Of a stretch of 32,031 bases of DNA, positions 7,520 to 14,870 are shown in pieces. Origin of the DNA: a virus (taxonomy: Duplodnaviria; Caudoviricetes); IMG/VR virus record IMGVR_UViG_3300025534_000027, positions 1 to 32,031 of that record, one strand, 5' to 3'. The translations under genes were made by a program, and so were the position numbers. A model generated the notes under the pieces. That model saw only the letters and a list, made by a program, of their open reading frames with translations. It was not told where the DNA came from and ran no database searches. How positions within the stretch are numbered: position 1 is the first letter of the stretch; each line of letters starts with the position of its first letter.

Positions 7520-7726
7520 GATGTGGATCGTGTTCCCCATGCCGTCTTCCCAGCCATTCACGTCTTCGCCGGCGTCCAGCGCTTCGACGATCCGCTGCAT
7601 GTCGTCCAGGTCGGCCGGCGTAATCGTGGCGATCACTTCGCCGTCCTTTACTACGTCAAACTCGTGCAGGTCGTGGTCGAACGGCTTTTCCTCCACCCGG
7701 TATCCTTCGCGTTCCCAAACTCTCAT
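7511..7726 (-). CDS. Small acidic hypothetical protein
   Basis: 71 aa; GGAGG RBS; first gene after promoter 7760-7788. Confidence 0.75.
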   Translation of the reverse strand: MRVWEREGYRVEEKPFDHDLHEFDVVKDGEVIATITPADLDDMQRIVEALDAGEDVNGWEDGMGNTIHIPA

Positions 7727-7759
7727 CGTTCATTCCTCCATTTCGTTCTTTCTGGTTTC

Positions 7760-7788
7760 ATTATACCATAAAAGATTGTGCTACACAA
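7760..7788 (-). promoter_or_regulatory. Sigma-A promoter TTGTGT-N17-TATAAT with extended -10
   Basis: Minus strand TTGTGT agcacaatcttttatgg TATAAT; inverted repeat TTGTG-cta-CACAA overlaps -35. Confidence 0.75.
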
Positions 7789-7789
7789 G

Positions 7790-7803
7790 CGAACAGGAGT
7801 TCT
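7790..7803. promoter_or_regulatory. LexA (SOS/Cheo) box
   Basis: CGAAC-AGGA-GTTCT matches GAAC-N4-GTTC; adjacent to the -35 element. Confidence 0.7.
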
Positions 7804-7828
7804 ATTTTTAAATTTTTTTGTTGCGCCG

Positions 7829-7845
7829 GGCCATCGTCAGGCGGG
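7829..7845 (-). repeat. 17-bp direct repeat, copy B
   Basis: Identical to 7503-7519; immediately after stop of 7847-8182. Confidence 0.85.
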
Positions 7846-7846
7846 A

Positions 7847-8182
7847 TCATATACGTTTGACAAAGGCGTTTTCGATTCGTGCCAGCCGTTCCGTCAAGTT
7901 GATCGGCGCTGGCGGCTGGTAGTTTTTCAGCTCGATACATCTTTTCTCGAAGTCTTCGCGGCTCTTGATCTCGAACGATACGCCGTTGATGTTTGCGTAC
8001 AACCGACCTCCGAGCGGCCGAATCGAGGCTGTGACACCGTGCTTTTTGGCGATCAGTCGAAGTCTGTCGATGTACCATTGCATATGATTGGTCATGTTCA
8101 ATCCCTCCAATAAGAGGCTGCCGATTTTTCTCTGCCCCGGCCCGTTGATGTGCGAGATCGACGGGGTTTCAATTTGCTTCAT
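7847..8182 (-). CDS. Hypothetical protein
   Basis: 111-aa ORF overlapping upstream gene; alternative start MTNHMQ with GGAGGG RBS. Confidence 0.6.
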   Translation of the reverse strand: MKQIETPSISHINGPGQRKIGSLLLEGLNMTNHMQWYIDRLRLIAKKHGVTASIRPLGGRLYANINGVSFEIKSREDFEKRCIELKNYQPPAPINLTERLARIENAFVKRI

Positions 8183-8372
8183 AAATCAATTCCACGACTA
8201 CCTTCTTTACAACCGCCTTGGCCATTTCGCCGATGATTTCCGGGGTGTCCTTTGCGAGCTCTGGAAACATGTTGGCGATCTCGATTGCCACCCGGTCCGT
8301 GACTTCTTGGGCAACATCGGCGAGTTTACCGCCGTTTTGGATGTACGTTTTTAGAACTTCGACATTCGACAT
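8169..8372 (-). CDS. Hypothetical protein
   Basis: 67 aa; GGAGGGTG RBS; first gene after promoter 8407-8435. Confidence 0.7.
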   Translation of the reverse strand: MSNVEVLKTYIQNGGKLADVAQEVTDRVAIEIANMFPELAKDTPEIIGEMAKAVVKKVVVELIYEAN

Positions 8373-8406
8373 CTTGCATCACCCTCCGTTTGTTCCTTCT
8401 GATTTG

Positions 8407-8481
8407 ATTATACAGCATTTTAAATGCTTTGTAAATAGTTTTTTTGGGGCAGTTGCAGAAAAATTTTAAATGCCGTAAAAT
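8407..8481. promoter_or_regulatory. Divergent sigma-A promoters with shared AAATGC operator repeats
   Basis: Leftward TTTACA-N17-TATAAT (8435 to 8407) with palindrome AGCATTT-T-AAATGCT in spacer; rightward TTGCAG-N17-TAAAAT (8453-8481) with two more AAATGC. Confidence 0.7.
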
Positions 8482-8503
8482 GCTTAATAAAGGGGTGATC
8501 GTA

Positions 8504-8671
8504 ATGGCAGGCAGACCGCCGAAACCGGCATCCGAGAAAAAGATCCGCGAGGCTGTTTATTTCGAGCCGCATCTGCTGGAATGGCTGCGCGATCTGGCGG
8601 AGAGGGAAAAGGTGACAGTCAGCGTCGTCGTAAATCGACTGGTCGAAAAAGCAAAGGAGGCGCGGGCGTGA
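8504..8671 (+). CDS. Ribbon-helix-helix (CopG/Arc-like) regulator
   Basis: MAGRPPK...EAVYFEPHLLEWLRDLAEREKVTVSVVVNRLVEK; GGGGTGA RBS. Confidence 0.8.
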   Translation: MAGRPPKPASEKKIREAVYFEPHLLEWLRDLAEREKVTVSVVVNRLVEKAKEARA

Positions 8672-8675
8672 CCTC

Positions 8676-8798
8676 ATGCGTGCCAGGTGGACCCGCGACC
8701 GCTGGCCGCAGGCGTATGTCTGCACGCGGTGCGGGCTGCCGGTGCCGAAGTATGAGGGGCTTTGGCTCAGGCGGCAGCGGGCGATCGAAAAAGGTTAG
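8676..8798 (+). CDS. Possible 40-aa peptide with CxxC (MRARWTRDRWPQAYVCTRCGLPVPKYEGLWLRRQRAIEKG)
   Basis: Short ORF between RHH gene and attP candidate; RBS spacing poor. Confidence 0.35.
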   Translation: MRARWTRDRWPQAYVCTRCGLPVPKYEGLWLRRQRAIEKG

Positions 8799-8805
8799 TG
8801 GTTGA

Positions 8806-8851
8806 TATGTCTTGGTGCATAATAGGCGATCCTTTTATTCACCAAGACATA
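8806..8851. other. Candidate attP site of the serine integrase
   Basis: 46-bp imperfect palindrome TATGTCTTGGTG-cATAAtAGGc-GA-tCCTtTTATt-CACCAAGACATA abutting the integrase stop; centre GA at 8828-8829. Confidence 0.7.
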
Positions 8852-8852
8852 A

Positions 8853-10289
8853 TTATGCTTTCCATGTAATCTCCACTAATTTACCATCACGAACTTGTAT
8901 TTCCTCAATTAATCCCCGAATAGCGTTTTTTGCTGCAAGGCGATCAATTCCGTTTAACGTTGGCAAAAACTCCAATGCTTTTTTCTGAATGACTGATGAA
9001 TCTTTGCTTTGTGATTCGAGCTCCCGCATTTTCCGCTCGATTTCTCGGCGTTCTGTTTCGATTCGTTCCCGCGCTGCTTTAAGATCGTCCGCCCCAATAA
9101 GGTCCATTTCATAAGCTTCGATCTGTTTCTGCATACGTTTGTTTATTCTCTCAAGGCTCTTTTGCAAATCCTTTATTTCATCATCAACAGATGGTGTGAC
9201 CGTTTTGATTCGAAGCTCTTTCGTTGACATTTGGGCCACATGCTCGATTTCTTTAATAATCGTCGATTCCAGATCATCACGGTGGATGGCGTGATGCTTG
9301 CACCCATAACCGAGTACATATGACGAGCAAATATAACGGTAATAAGCATAATTCTTTGTGCCTCTATGATATCGTGCTGTGCTGCCCTTCATACTTCGTC
9401 CGCAATGACCGCATTTTATGATTCCGGTTAACAGGTATGTTTCATTGTCAGCGTGTCTAAAAGCTTTTGCGCGAGAACGCATAATCTCTTGTACGGCATC
9501 AAAGCGCTCTGGCGTTATAATTGCTGGGTGATTATCTTCTTTAATGATCCATTCGCGCCTATCTCGAATGACTGTTTTTCCGCTTCTGTTTTGACGCTTA
9601 TTATAAACTAGTCTTCCGGCTACCGTATCATTTTGGATTATGCGTTTAACACTCACTTGATCCCAGGGTTTTCCTTGCTTTGTTTTTGATCCGCGTTCGT
9701 TCAATATTTGAGCAATCTTCCGATATCCGTTACCCTGTTCGGCAAGATCGAACATCATGCGTACAAATTGCGCTTCATCCTCATTTATCACATATTCGGC
9801 GTCAACTACGTCATAACCATAGCACGGCTTTGTCAATGCCTTATTTGTGTTTCGTGCGAGGGAGAGCATATTTTCCTTGACGCGCTCACTAATTCTTTCC
9901 CGCTCAAATTCGGCAAACGTACCGAGTAATTGAAGTGTCATTCGACCGACCGCGGTCGATGTATCAAAATTCTCGGAAGCTGAAACATAGTTACAATCAT
10001 GATCTTGTAAGAATCGAATCGTCTGCAATAAATCAAGTAAGTTACGGCTAAATCTATCCAATTTGGTTGTTAAAATGATCCGTACTTTATTTTGCTTTAC
10101 TTCGTTAAATAATTGTTGGATTGCTGGCCGATTCATGTCTTTTGCTGAATAACCATCATCCACGAAAAATGTAGGTTGCTCCCAACCCATAGCGCGACAA
10201 TAGGATGTAAGCCGCTCTCTCTGTTCTGCTAAAGAATTACCTTTATCCGCTTGATCGTCCGTAGAAACCCTGATATATGCGGCAATCAT
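8853..10289 (-). CDS. int: Large serine recombinase (integrase)
   Basis: AAYIRVSTDDQ catalytic Ser, DDGYSAKDMNRP, KLDRFSRN, recombinase domain, zinc ribbon (CGHCG...YICS...GC) and coiled coil; start overlaps cI stop (TAATG). Confidence 0.97.
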   Translation of the reverse strand: MIAAYIRVSTDDQADKGNSLAEQRERLTSYCRAMGWEQPTFFVDDGYSAKDMNRPAIQQLFNEVKQNKVRIILTTKLDRFSRNLLDLLQTIRFLQDHDCNYVSASENFDTSTAVGRMTLQLLGTFAEFERERISERVKENMLSLARNTNKALTKPCYGYDVVDAEYVINEDEAQFVRMMFDLAEQGNGYRKIAQILNERGSKTKQGKPWDQVSVKRIIQNDTVAGRLVYNKRQNRSGKTVIRDRREWIIKEDNHPAIITPERFDAVQEIMRSRAKAFRHADNETYLLTGIIKCGHCGRSMKGSTARYHRGTKNYAYYRYICSSYVLGYGCKHHAIHRDDLESTIIKEIEHVAQMSTKELRIKTVTPSVDDEIKDLQKSLERINKRMQKQIEAYEMDLIGADDLKAARERIETERREIERKMRELESQSKDSSVIQKKALEFLPTLNGIDRLAAKNAIRGLIEEIQVRDGKLVEITWKA

Positions 10290-10906
10290 TAAAATTCGCT
10301 CCTATCTGCCTTAAAATGGCCCATATAGACGCCGCAGATCATGACTTCGGTCGGCAAAACTTCTTTAACTTCATATTTGTCGTTTGCTGGTTCGAGACGA
10401 ATGAATGGTGAACTTTCTGACCAACGAATTCGTTTCAAAGCGCCATTCTCGTTTTCATGAATAAGGGCCGCTACAATTTGCCCGTTGTAGTCGGCCCAGG
10501 ATGCTTTTTTGAAATATACTATGTCGCCATCTTCTATCCCAGCACCGACCATTGAATCACCTTTAACGCGGAGTGCAAAATCAGGTACCCTCTTATGAGG
10601 GAAAGGGTAATAAATATATTCTTCGATGTTTTCTTGCGCTAAGAGGCCGTCCCCGGCGCATATTGTCCCAATAAGCGGCACTCTAGGCAATGTGCTGCTA
10701 GATTTAAAGTCATCGCCCTCAAAAAAAGTTTGGATCGGAACACCGAAAATATCTGCTATTGTGGTGAGCTTATCCATCAGTGGGCGGTTGTCGTTCCGCT
10801 CCCATGCCGAAACAGCAGTAGGTGCTACTCCCAATCTTTTAGCAAGCTCTGCTTGCGTCATTTTTCGTTCTTTACGAAGCTTCTTAATAATATCTCCTAC
10901 CATCAT
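10289..10906 (-). CDS. cI: CI-like repressor (XRE HTH plus S24 autopeptidase)
   Basis: MTQAELAKRLGVAPTAVSAWE HTH; CAG cleavage site; VKGDSM catalytic Ser; ALKR catalytic Lys; GGAGG RBS before 10906. Confidence 0.93.
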   Translation of the reverse strand: MMVGDIIKKLRKERKMTQAELAKRLGVAPTAVSAWERNDNRPLMDKLTTIADIFGVPIQTFFEGDDFKSSSTLPRVPLIGTICAGDGLLAQENIEEYIYYPFPHKRVPDFALRVKGDSMVGAGIEDGDIVYFKKASWADYNGQIVAALIHENENGALKRIRWSESSPFIRLEPANDKYEVKEVLPTEVMICGVYMGHFKADRSEF

Positions 10907-10954
10907 AATACTTTCCTCCTCCCGAACGGATTTTAACACAAAGCTGTAATTTTG

Positions 10955-10969
10955 TACAGATAAAATGTA
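10955..10969. promoter_or_regulatory. Degenerate repressor operator
   Basis: TACAGA-TAA-AATGTA, two mismatches to TACAGA-N3-TCTGTA. Confidence 0.6.
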
Positions 10970-11020
10970 TCGAAATACTTGGTTTGATGAAAAAAATTCT
11001 GCGAAGATGAATATTTTACC

Positions 11021-11049
11021 TTGAAACTACAGATATTCTGTAGTATATT
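11021..11049 (+). promoter_or_regulatory. Early lytic promoter with perfect operator in spacer
   Basis: TTGAAA-N17-TATATT; palindrome ACTACAGA-TAT-TCTGTAGT at 11026-11044. Confidence 0.8.
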
Positions 11050-11070
11050 TGGGCTAGGAGGTGAATTAGA

Positions 11071-11286
11071 TTGCGGTTCACGATCGAACAGGCTAGACAC
11101 ATTGCCGGGATGACTCAGGTTCAGGTCGCTGCAAAGCTCGGTATGTCCGAAAAAACGTACATCCAATACGAAAAGTACCGAAAAATTTTTCGTATGGACA
11201 CCGCAGCGCGATTCGCCGAAGTCGTCAATCTCAGTATTGACCAAATTATTTTTTTTAAACCCGAGGTACAGAAAATCTGTAGTTAA
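11071..11286 (+). CDS. cro: Cro-like XRE HTH regulator
   Basis: MTQVQVAAKLGMSEKTYIQYE; divergent from cI; AGGAGGTGA RBS. Confidence 0.88.
   Translation: MRFTIEQARHIAGMTQVQVAAKLGMSEKTYIQYEKYRKIFRMDTAARFAEVVNLSIDQIIFFKPEVQKICS
11267..11281. promoter_or_regulatory. Distal repressor operator in 3' end of cro
   Basis: TACAGA-AAA-TCTGTA perfect match. Confidence 0.7.
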
Positions 11287-11345
11287 TTTATCGGGTTGTC
11301 CATCTGAACTAAACGCATAGGTTCAAATGGAAAGGAGGGCGAGAC

Positions 11346-11513
11346 GTGCCGAAGCAAAAACGTCCCGAGATTGTGATCGTCGGTCATTATGTGGTGATCG
11401 GAGGGGAGAAACGACCTTTCGACCCGCACCATTCTAACCTTCCGGATCGCTGTAAACAAGCAATTGCAGAAATGGTGTCCGGTAAGAAATACGAACTGGT
11501 TGAGGCTAGTTAG
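11346..11513 (+). CDS. Hypothetical protein (55 aa, MPKQKRPEIVIVGHY...), absent from ORF track
   Basis: AAGGAGG RBS, GTG start, TAG stop. Confidence 0.7.
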   Translation: MPKQKRPEIVIVGHYVVIGGEKRPFDPHHSNLPDRCKQAIAEMVSGKKYELVEAS

Positions 11514-11567
11514 CCTCTCCACGATGGACAAGCCCCAGAAAGGAGCGATCAAGGGGGTGACGACGAG

Positions 11568-11789
11568 ATGAAAACCAAAACGGTCGAGGAGTACATGGAT
11601 TCTCTGCGCCCGCGCATGACGGGCGATAGCGTAGATTGGGCGTACGTACTCGGAGTGGTCGGATTTTACGCCAATGAGAGCGGGGACCCCGAAATCAGAC
11701 TGCAAAACATCCAAAACGCGATCAAGGCATTCGACCGGCTACGCGAAGAGCGCAAACCTGGGGATCGGCGGGAGGAGACGAAATGCTAG
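11568..11789 (+). CDS. Hypothetical protein
   Basis: GGGGGTGA RBS; 73 aa. Confidence 0.7.
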   Translation: MKTKTVEEYMDSLRPRMTGDSVDWAYVLGVVGFYANESGDPEIRLQNIQNAIKAFDRLREERKPGDRREETKC

Positions 11790-11899
11790 CTGAATCCTGC
11801 GAGAAGCTATTGAAGTTGATCAATATCGCTCACACAGAGCGAGCAAGACGGATGTACTGGCGGCAGTATTACAACATGACGCGGAGGCTGCCAGAATAA
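11783..11899 (+). CDS. Hypothetical 38-aa protein (MLAESCEKLLKLINIA...)
   Basis: GGAGGAG RBS; overlaps upstream stop. Confidence 0.55.
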   Translation: MLAESCEKLLKLINIAHTERARRMYWRQYYNMTRRLPE

Positions 11900-11974
11900 A
11901 AAAAGCCGCCAAAACAGGCGGCAAACACCAACTTATCAATCCCATCATACCACAGGTGGGGCGGGGAGGAAAGT

Positions 11975-12484
11975 ATGAAAAAGTACGTACTCACGGAAGA
12001 GACGAAAGAGTGGAATGGTGCCACCCTCTACCGAATCAGGGCCGTCCGTGACATCCCGGAAATCGGTGTGAAAGCCGGTGACCTCGGCGGCTGGATCGCC
12101 AGCGAGAAAAACCTTGACCAGGACGGCAACGCATGGGTGTCCGGCGACGCATGGGTGTACGGCAATGCATGGGTGTACGGCGACGCTCGGGTGTCCGGCG
12201 ACGCATGGGTGTACGGCAACGCTCGGGTGTACGGCGACGCCGTCATCGACTCGTCCGAAAAGATTTTTTGGGCATCATCGGTCGGATCGGAACGCGACAC
12301 ACTGACCGCATACCTGACTCAAGATGGCGACATCGAAGTCACACGCGGATGCTTCCGCGGGACTTTGGACGAGTTTGAAAAAGCCGTGCGAAGCCGACAC
12401 AGTGGGACACGATACGAAGAAGAATATTTAGGGCTGATCGAGTTTATCCGCCTGCGGTTTCGTGATGTGGTGAAGCCGAAATGA
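11975..12484 (+). CDS. Hexapeptide-repeat (left-handed beta-helix-like) phage protein
   Basis: LYRIRA...GDLGGWI..E.NL motif; G(N/D)A(W/R)V(S/Y) repeats; RGCFRGTLDEF C-terminus. Confidence 0.8.
   Translation: MKKYVLTEETKEWNGATLYRIRAVRDIPEIGVKAGDLGGWIASEKNLDQDGNAWVSGDAWVYGNAWVYGDARVSGDAWVYGNARVYGDAVIDSSEKIFWASSVGSERDTLTAYLTQDGDIEVTRGCFRGTLDEFEKAVRSRHSGTRYEEEYLGLIEFIRLRFRDVVKPK
12125..12241 (+). repeat. 18-bp tandem repeat array (about 6.5 units) encoding hexapeptides
   Basis: GGC-(A/G)A(C/T)-GC(A/T)-(T/C)GG-GTG-T(A/C)C units. Confidence 0.9.
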
Positions 12485-12678
12485 CCGAAATCACCATCGA
12501 AGCTTTTAAAAGTAAGAAATTCGACGTTTCAATTGACCAACCATCATCCCATTACCCATATTACCTCGACATTGTAATGGACCGCACAACGCTCAGCATT
12601 TGCGCTACAGATGATTATTTCCTTGAAGTTTACGAAGCATTGAAGAACCACCTGCAAAGCCGGGGGCGGCTGGAATGA
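12481..12678 (+). CDS. Hypothetical protein
   Basis: ATGA overlap with neighbours. Confidence 0.65.
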   Translation: MTEITIEAFKSKKFDVSIDQPSSHYPYYLDIVMDRTTLSICATDDYFLEVYEALKNHLQSRGRLE

Positions 12679-12875
12679 ATCTCGACCGATTCGCCTATGG
12701 TCGCCCCGATCCGCAGGATGTGCCAGAGAAAAAGGTCGGTTACTGCAACACTTGTCAGTCGGCCATCATGCAAGGCGACGAAGTGATTGAACTGGACGGA
12801 GATATGTACTGCGACAGCGTTTGCCTGATGCGAAAACTCGGCGCTCGGTATGTGGGCGCTGGAATGGAGGGTTGA
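12675..12875 (+). CDS. Small Cys4 zinc-binding protein
   Basis: YCNTC...YCDSVC; ATGA overlap. Confidence 0.7.
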   Translation: MNLDRFAYGRPDPQDVPEKKVGYCNTCQSAIMQGDEVIELDGDMYCDSVCLMRKLGARYVGAGMEG

Positions 12876-12876
12876 C

Positions 12877-13776
12877 ATGTTTGATCAAGAGCCTGTGAAC
12901 TACAACGACTATCTTCCATCGGTTCAAGTTCAATCGACACCATCGACAATTGAGGGGTTGAAGACCCGGCAAGCAGAGGAAGTCAAAGCTGCCATCTTTA
13001 TGGCGAAGCAATTCCCCCGTGACCAGCAAGCTTCCTTCAACCGAATCATGCAAGCCTGTCAGCGGAAGAAGCTCGCGGAAGAAGCGGAATATGAGTTTCC
13101 GCGTGGAGGCTCGAAAGTCAGCGGCCCGTCGATCCGTCTGGCCGAAGTCCTCGCCCAAAATTGGGGCAATATCGACTACGGCTTAATCGAGTTAGAACAA
13201 CGAAATGGCGAATCCCAGGTTATGGCTTATGCGTGGGACATGGAGACCAACACACGGCGGCAGATGACCTTTACGGTTCGCCACGAACGGAAGGCGAAGG
13301 GTTCAATCAACCGACTGGAAGACCCGCGAGACATCTATGAGATGGTTGCCAATCAGGGTGCACGGAGAATGCGAGCATGTATCCTCGGCGTTATCCCCGG
13401 CGATATCGTGGACGCGGCTCTCGAAAGATGCAGACAAACGTTGAAAGAAGGTTACAGCGAACCGCTTGCAGACCGTGTACGGAAAGCACTTCAACAGTTC
13501 CACGAAAAGTACGGCGTCACAACGGAAATGATCGAGAAGTACATCGGTTGCAAGGCAGAATCCTTCACGGAAAATGATTATCTGCGCCTCGGTAACATCT
13601 GGCGGGCGCTGCGTGACGGGATGGCAAAACGTGAAGACTATTTCGACTTCAAGACTGGTTCGGACTTCGAGAGCGAGACCGAGAAGCAGTTTAAGGCCGC
13701 TCAGGAAAAGGACAAGCCCAAGAAAGCGAGTGGTGTAACAGATGAAGCTGGACAAAGCGAATTACCACTCCCTTGA
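12877..13776 (+). CDS. Putative single-strand annealing recombinase
   Basis: MAKQFPRD...YEFPRGG..VSGPSIRLAE.LA..WGN family; adjacent to exonuclease; function inferred from synteny. Confidence 0.6.
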   Translation: MFDQEPVNYNDYLPSVQVQSTPSTIEGLKTRQAEEVKAAIFMAKQFPRDQQASFNRIMQACQRKKLAEEAEYEFPRGGSKVSGPSIRLAEVLAQNWGNIDYGLIELEQRNGESQVMAYAWDMETNTRRQMTFTVRHERKAKGSINRLEDPRDIYEMVANQGARRMRACILGVIPGDIVDAALERCRQTLKEGYSEPLADRVRKALQQFHEKYGVTTEMIEKYIGCKAESFTENDYLRLGNIWRALRDGMAKREDYFDFKTGSDFESETEKQFKAAQEKDKPKKASGVTDEAGQSELPLP

Positions 13777-14542
13777 AGCGAACCGATACTACATGAGCCA
13801 TAGCCAATATCAGGACTTCATGTCCTGTGAGGCTATGGCTATGGCAAAACTTCGCGGATGGTCTGAACCACCCTCGGATGCTCTTCTACTCGGTTCATAC
13901 GTTCACGCCTATTTTGAAGGACCGGAAGCGTTCGAGCGTTTCAAAGCGGACCATCCTGAACTGTTTTCCTCCCGGGGCCCGACGAAAGGAGAACTCAAGG
14001 CTCAATTCCAGGTCGCGAACGCCATGATCGCTGCGCTTGAGAGCGATCCGCTATGCATCTTCGTCATGCGCGGCGAGAAGGAAGTCATCATGACGGCGGA
14101 ACTGTTCGGGGCCAAATGGAAAATCAAAATCGACAATTACAATCCCGAGCAGAACCGGTTTTCCGACATCAAGACGGTTATGAACATCCGCAAAGAAATT
14201 TGGGACCCGCAGCGCGGATATGTCTCCTTCGTCGAGGCGAACCGGTACACAACCCAAATGGCTCTTTATGCTGAGATCGAACGGCGATATGTCGGGCGTG
14301 ATGGTTGGATTGAGCCGATTCTTGTAGCGGTGTCAAAGGAAGACCCGCCCGACAAAGAAGTGATCGGGTTTAAGGCTTACGACATCGAACGCGAACTTTC
14401 GGAGATCGAAATGAACATGCCTCGGATTCTAGCGGTGAAATCAGGCCGAGAAGAACCGCAGCGGTGTGAGCGGTGCCGATACTGCCGGGAAACAAAACGA
14501 CTGAATCGGATCACCTACTACGCTGATCTGATCGTCAGGTGA
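13742..14542 (+). CDS. PD-(D/E)XK exonuclease (DUF3799 / RecE-like)
   Basis: ALLLGSYVH, WKIKID...SDIKT, Y..QMALY, C-terminal CERCRYC. Confidence 0.85.
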   Translation: MKLDKANYHSLEANRYYMSHSQYQDFMSCEAMAMAKLRGWSEPPSDALLLGSYVHAYFEGPEAFERFKADHPELFSSRGPTKGELKAQFQVANAMIAALESDPLCIFVMRGEKEVIMTAELFGAKWKIKIDNYNPEQNRFSDIKTVMNIRKEIWDPQRGYVSFVEANRYTTQMALYAEIERRYVGRDGWIEPILVAVSKEDPPDKEVIGFKAYDIERELSEIEMNMPRILAVKSGREEPQRCERCRYCRETKRLNRITYYADLIVR

Positions 14543-14546
14543 TCAG

Positions 14547-14870
14547 ATGCCGGTTGGAGAGTTTAGACCTGTACCAAAACCGTCGTCACACCGCCGTATT
14601 CGCCCCACACAGCGTCAAATGGGGGAGATAAGCCAATCAGTCGACCGAGAGTTGAAAGAGCGTTCTAGGGGAATCTGCGAGCTCTGTGGACGCGCCAAGG
14701 CAACCGAGAGTGCGCACTTGACCGGGCGAAGGCATATTGACCACAAAACCACAGCGCTTGACCTGGTGCATGTATGCACGCCTTGCCATAGATGGCTGGA
14801 CGGGACACCCGAGGGAATACGCTGCCGGCGAATGATCGCCATGCTCATTGATTACGCAACGAGAGGGTGA
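14547..14870 (+). CDS. Small HNH-fold zinc-finger protein
   Basis: CELCG...AHLTGR...LVHVCTPCHRWLD. Confidence 0.7.
   Translation: MPVGEFRPVPKPSSHRRIRPTQRQMGEISQSVDRELKERSRGICELCGRAKATESAHLTGRRHIDHKTTALDLVHVCTPCHRWLDGTPEGIRCRRMIAMLIDYATRG

Noticed and set aside
7454-7520. Complete hammerhead ribozyme from CUGACGA motifs
   Set aside because: No stem II followed by GAAA and no matching cleavage triplet on the same strand; only a half-core is present
8581-8805. 74-aa Gly/Arg-rich ORF
   Set aside because: Overlaps the RHH gene out of frame and has a low-complexity, shadow-like composition
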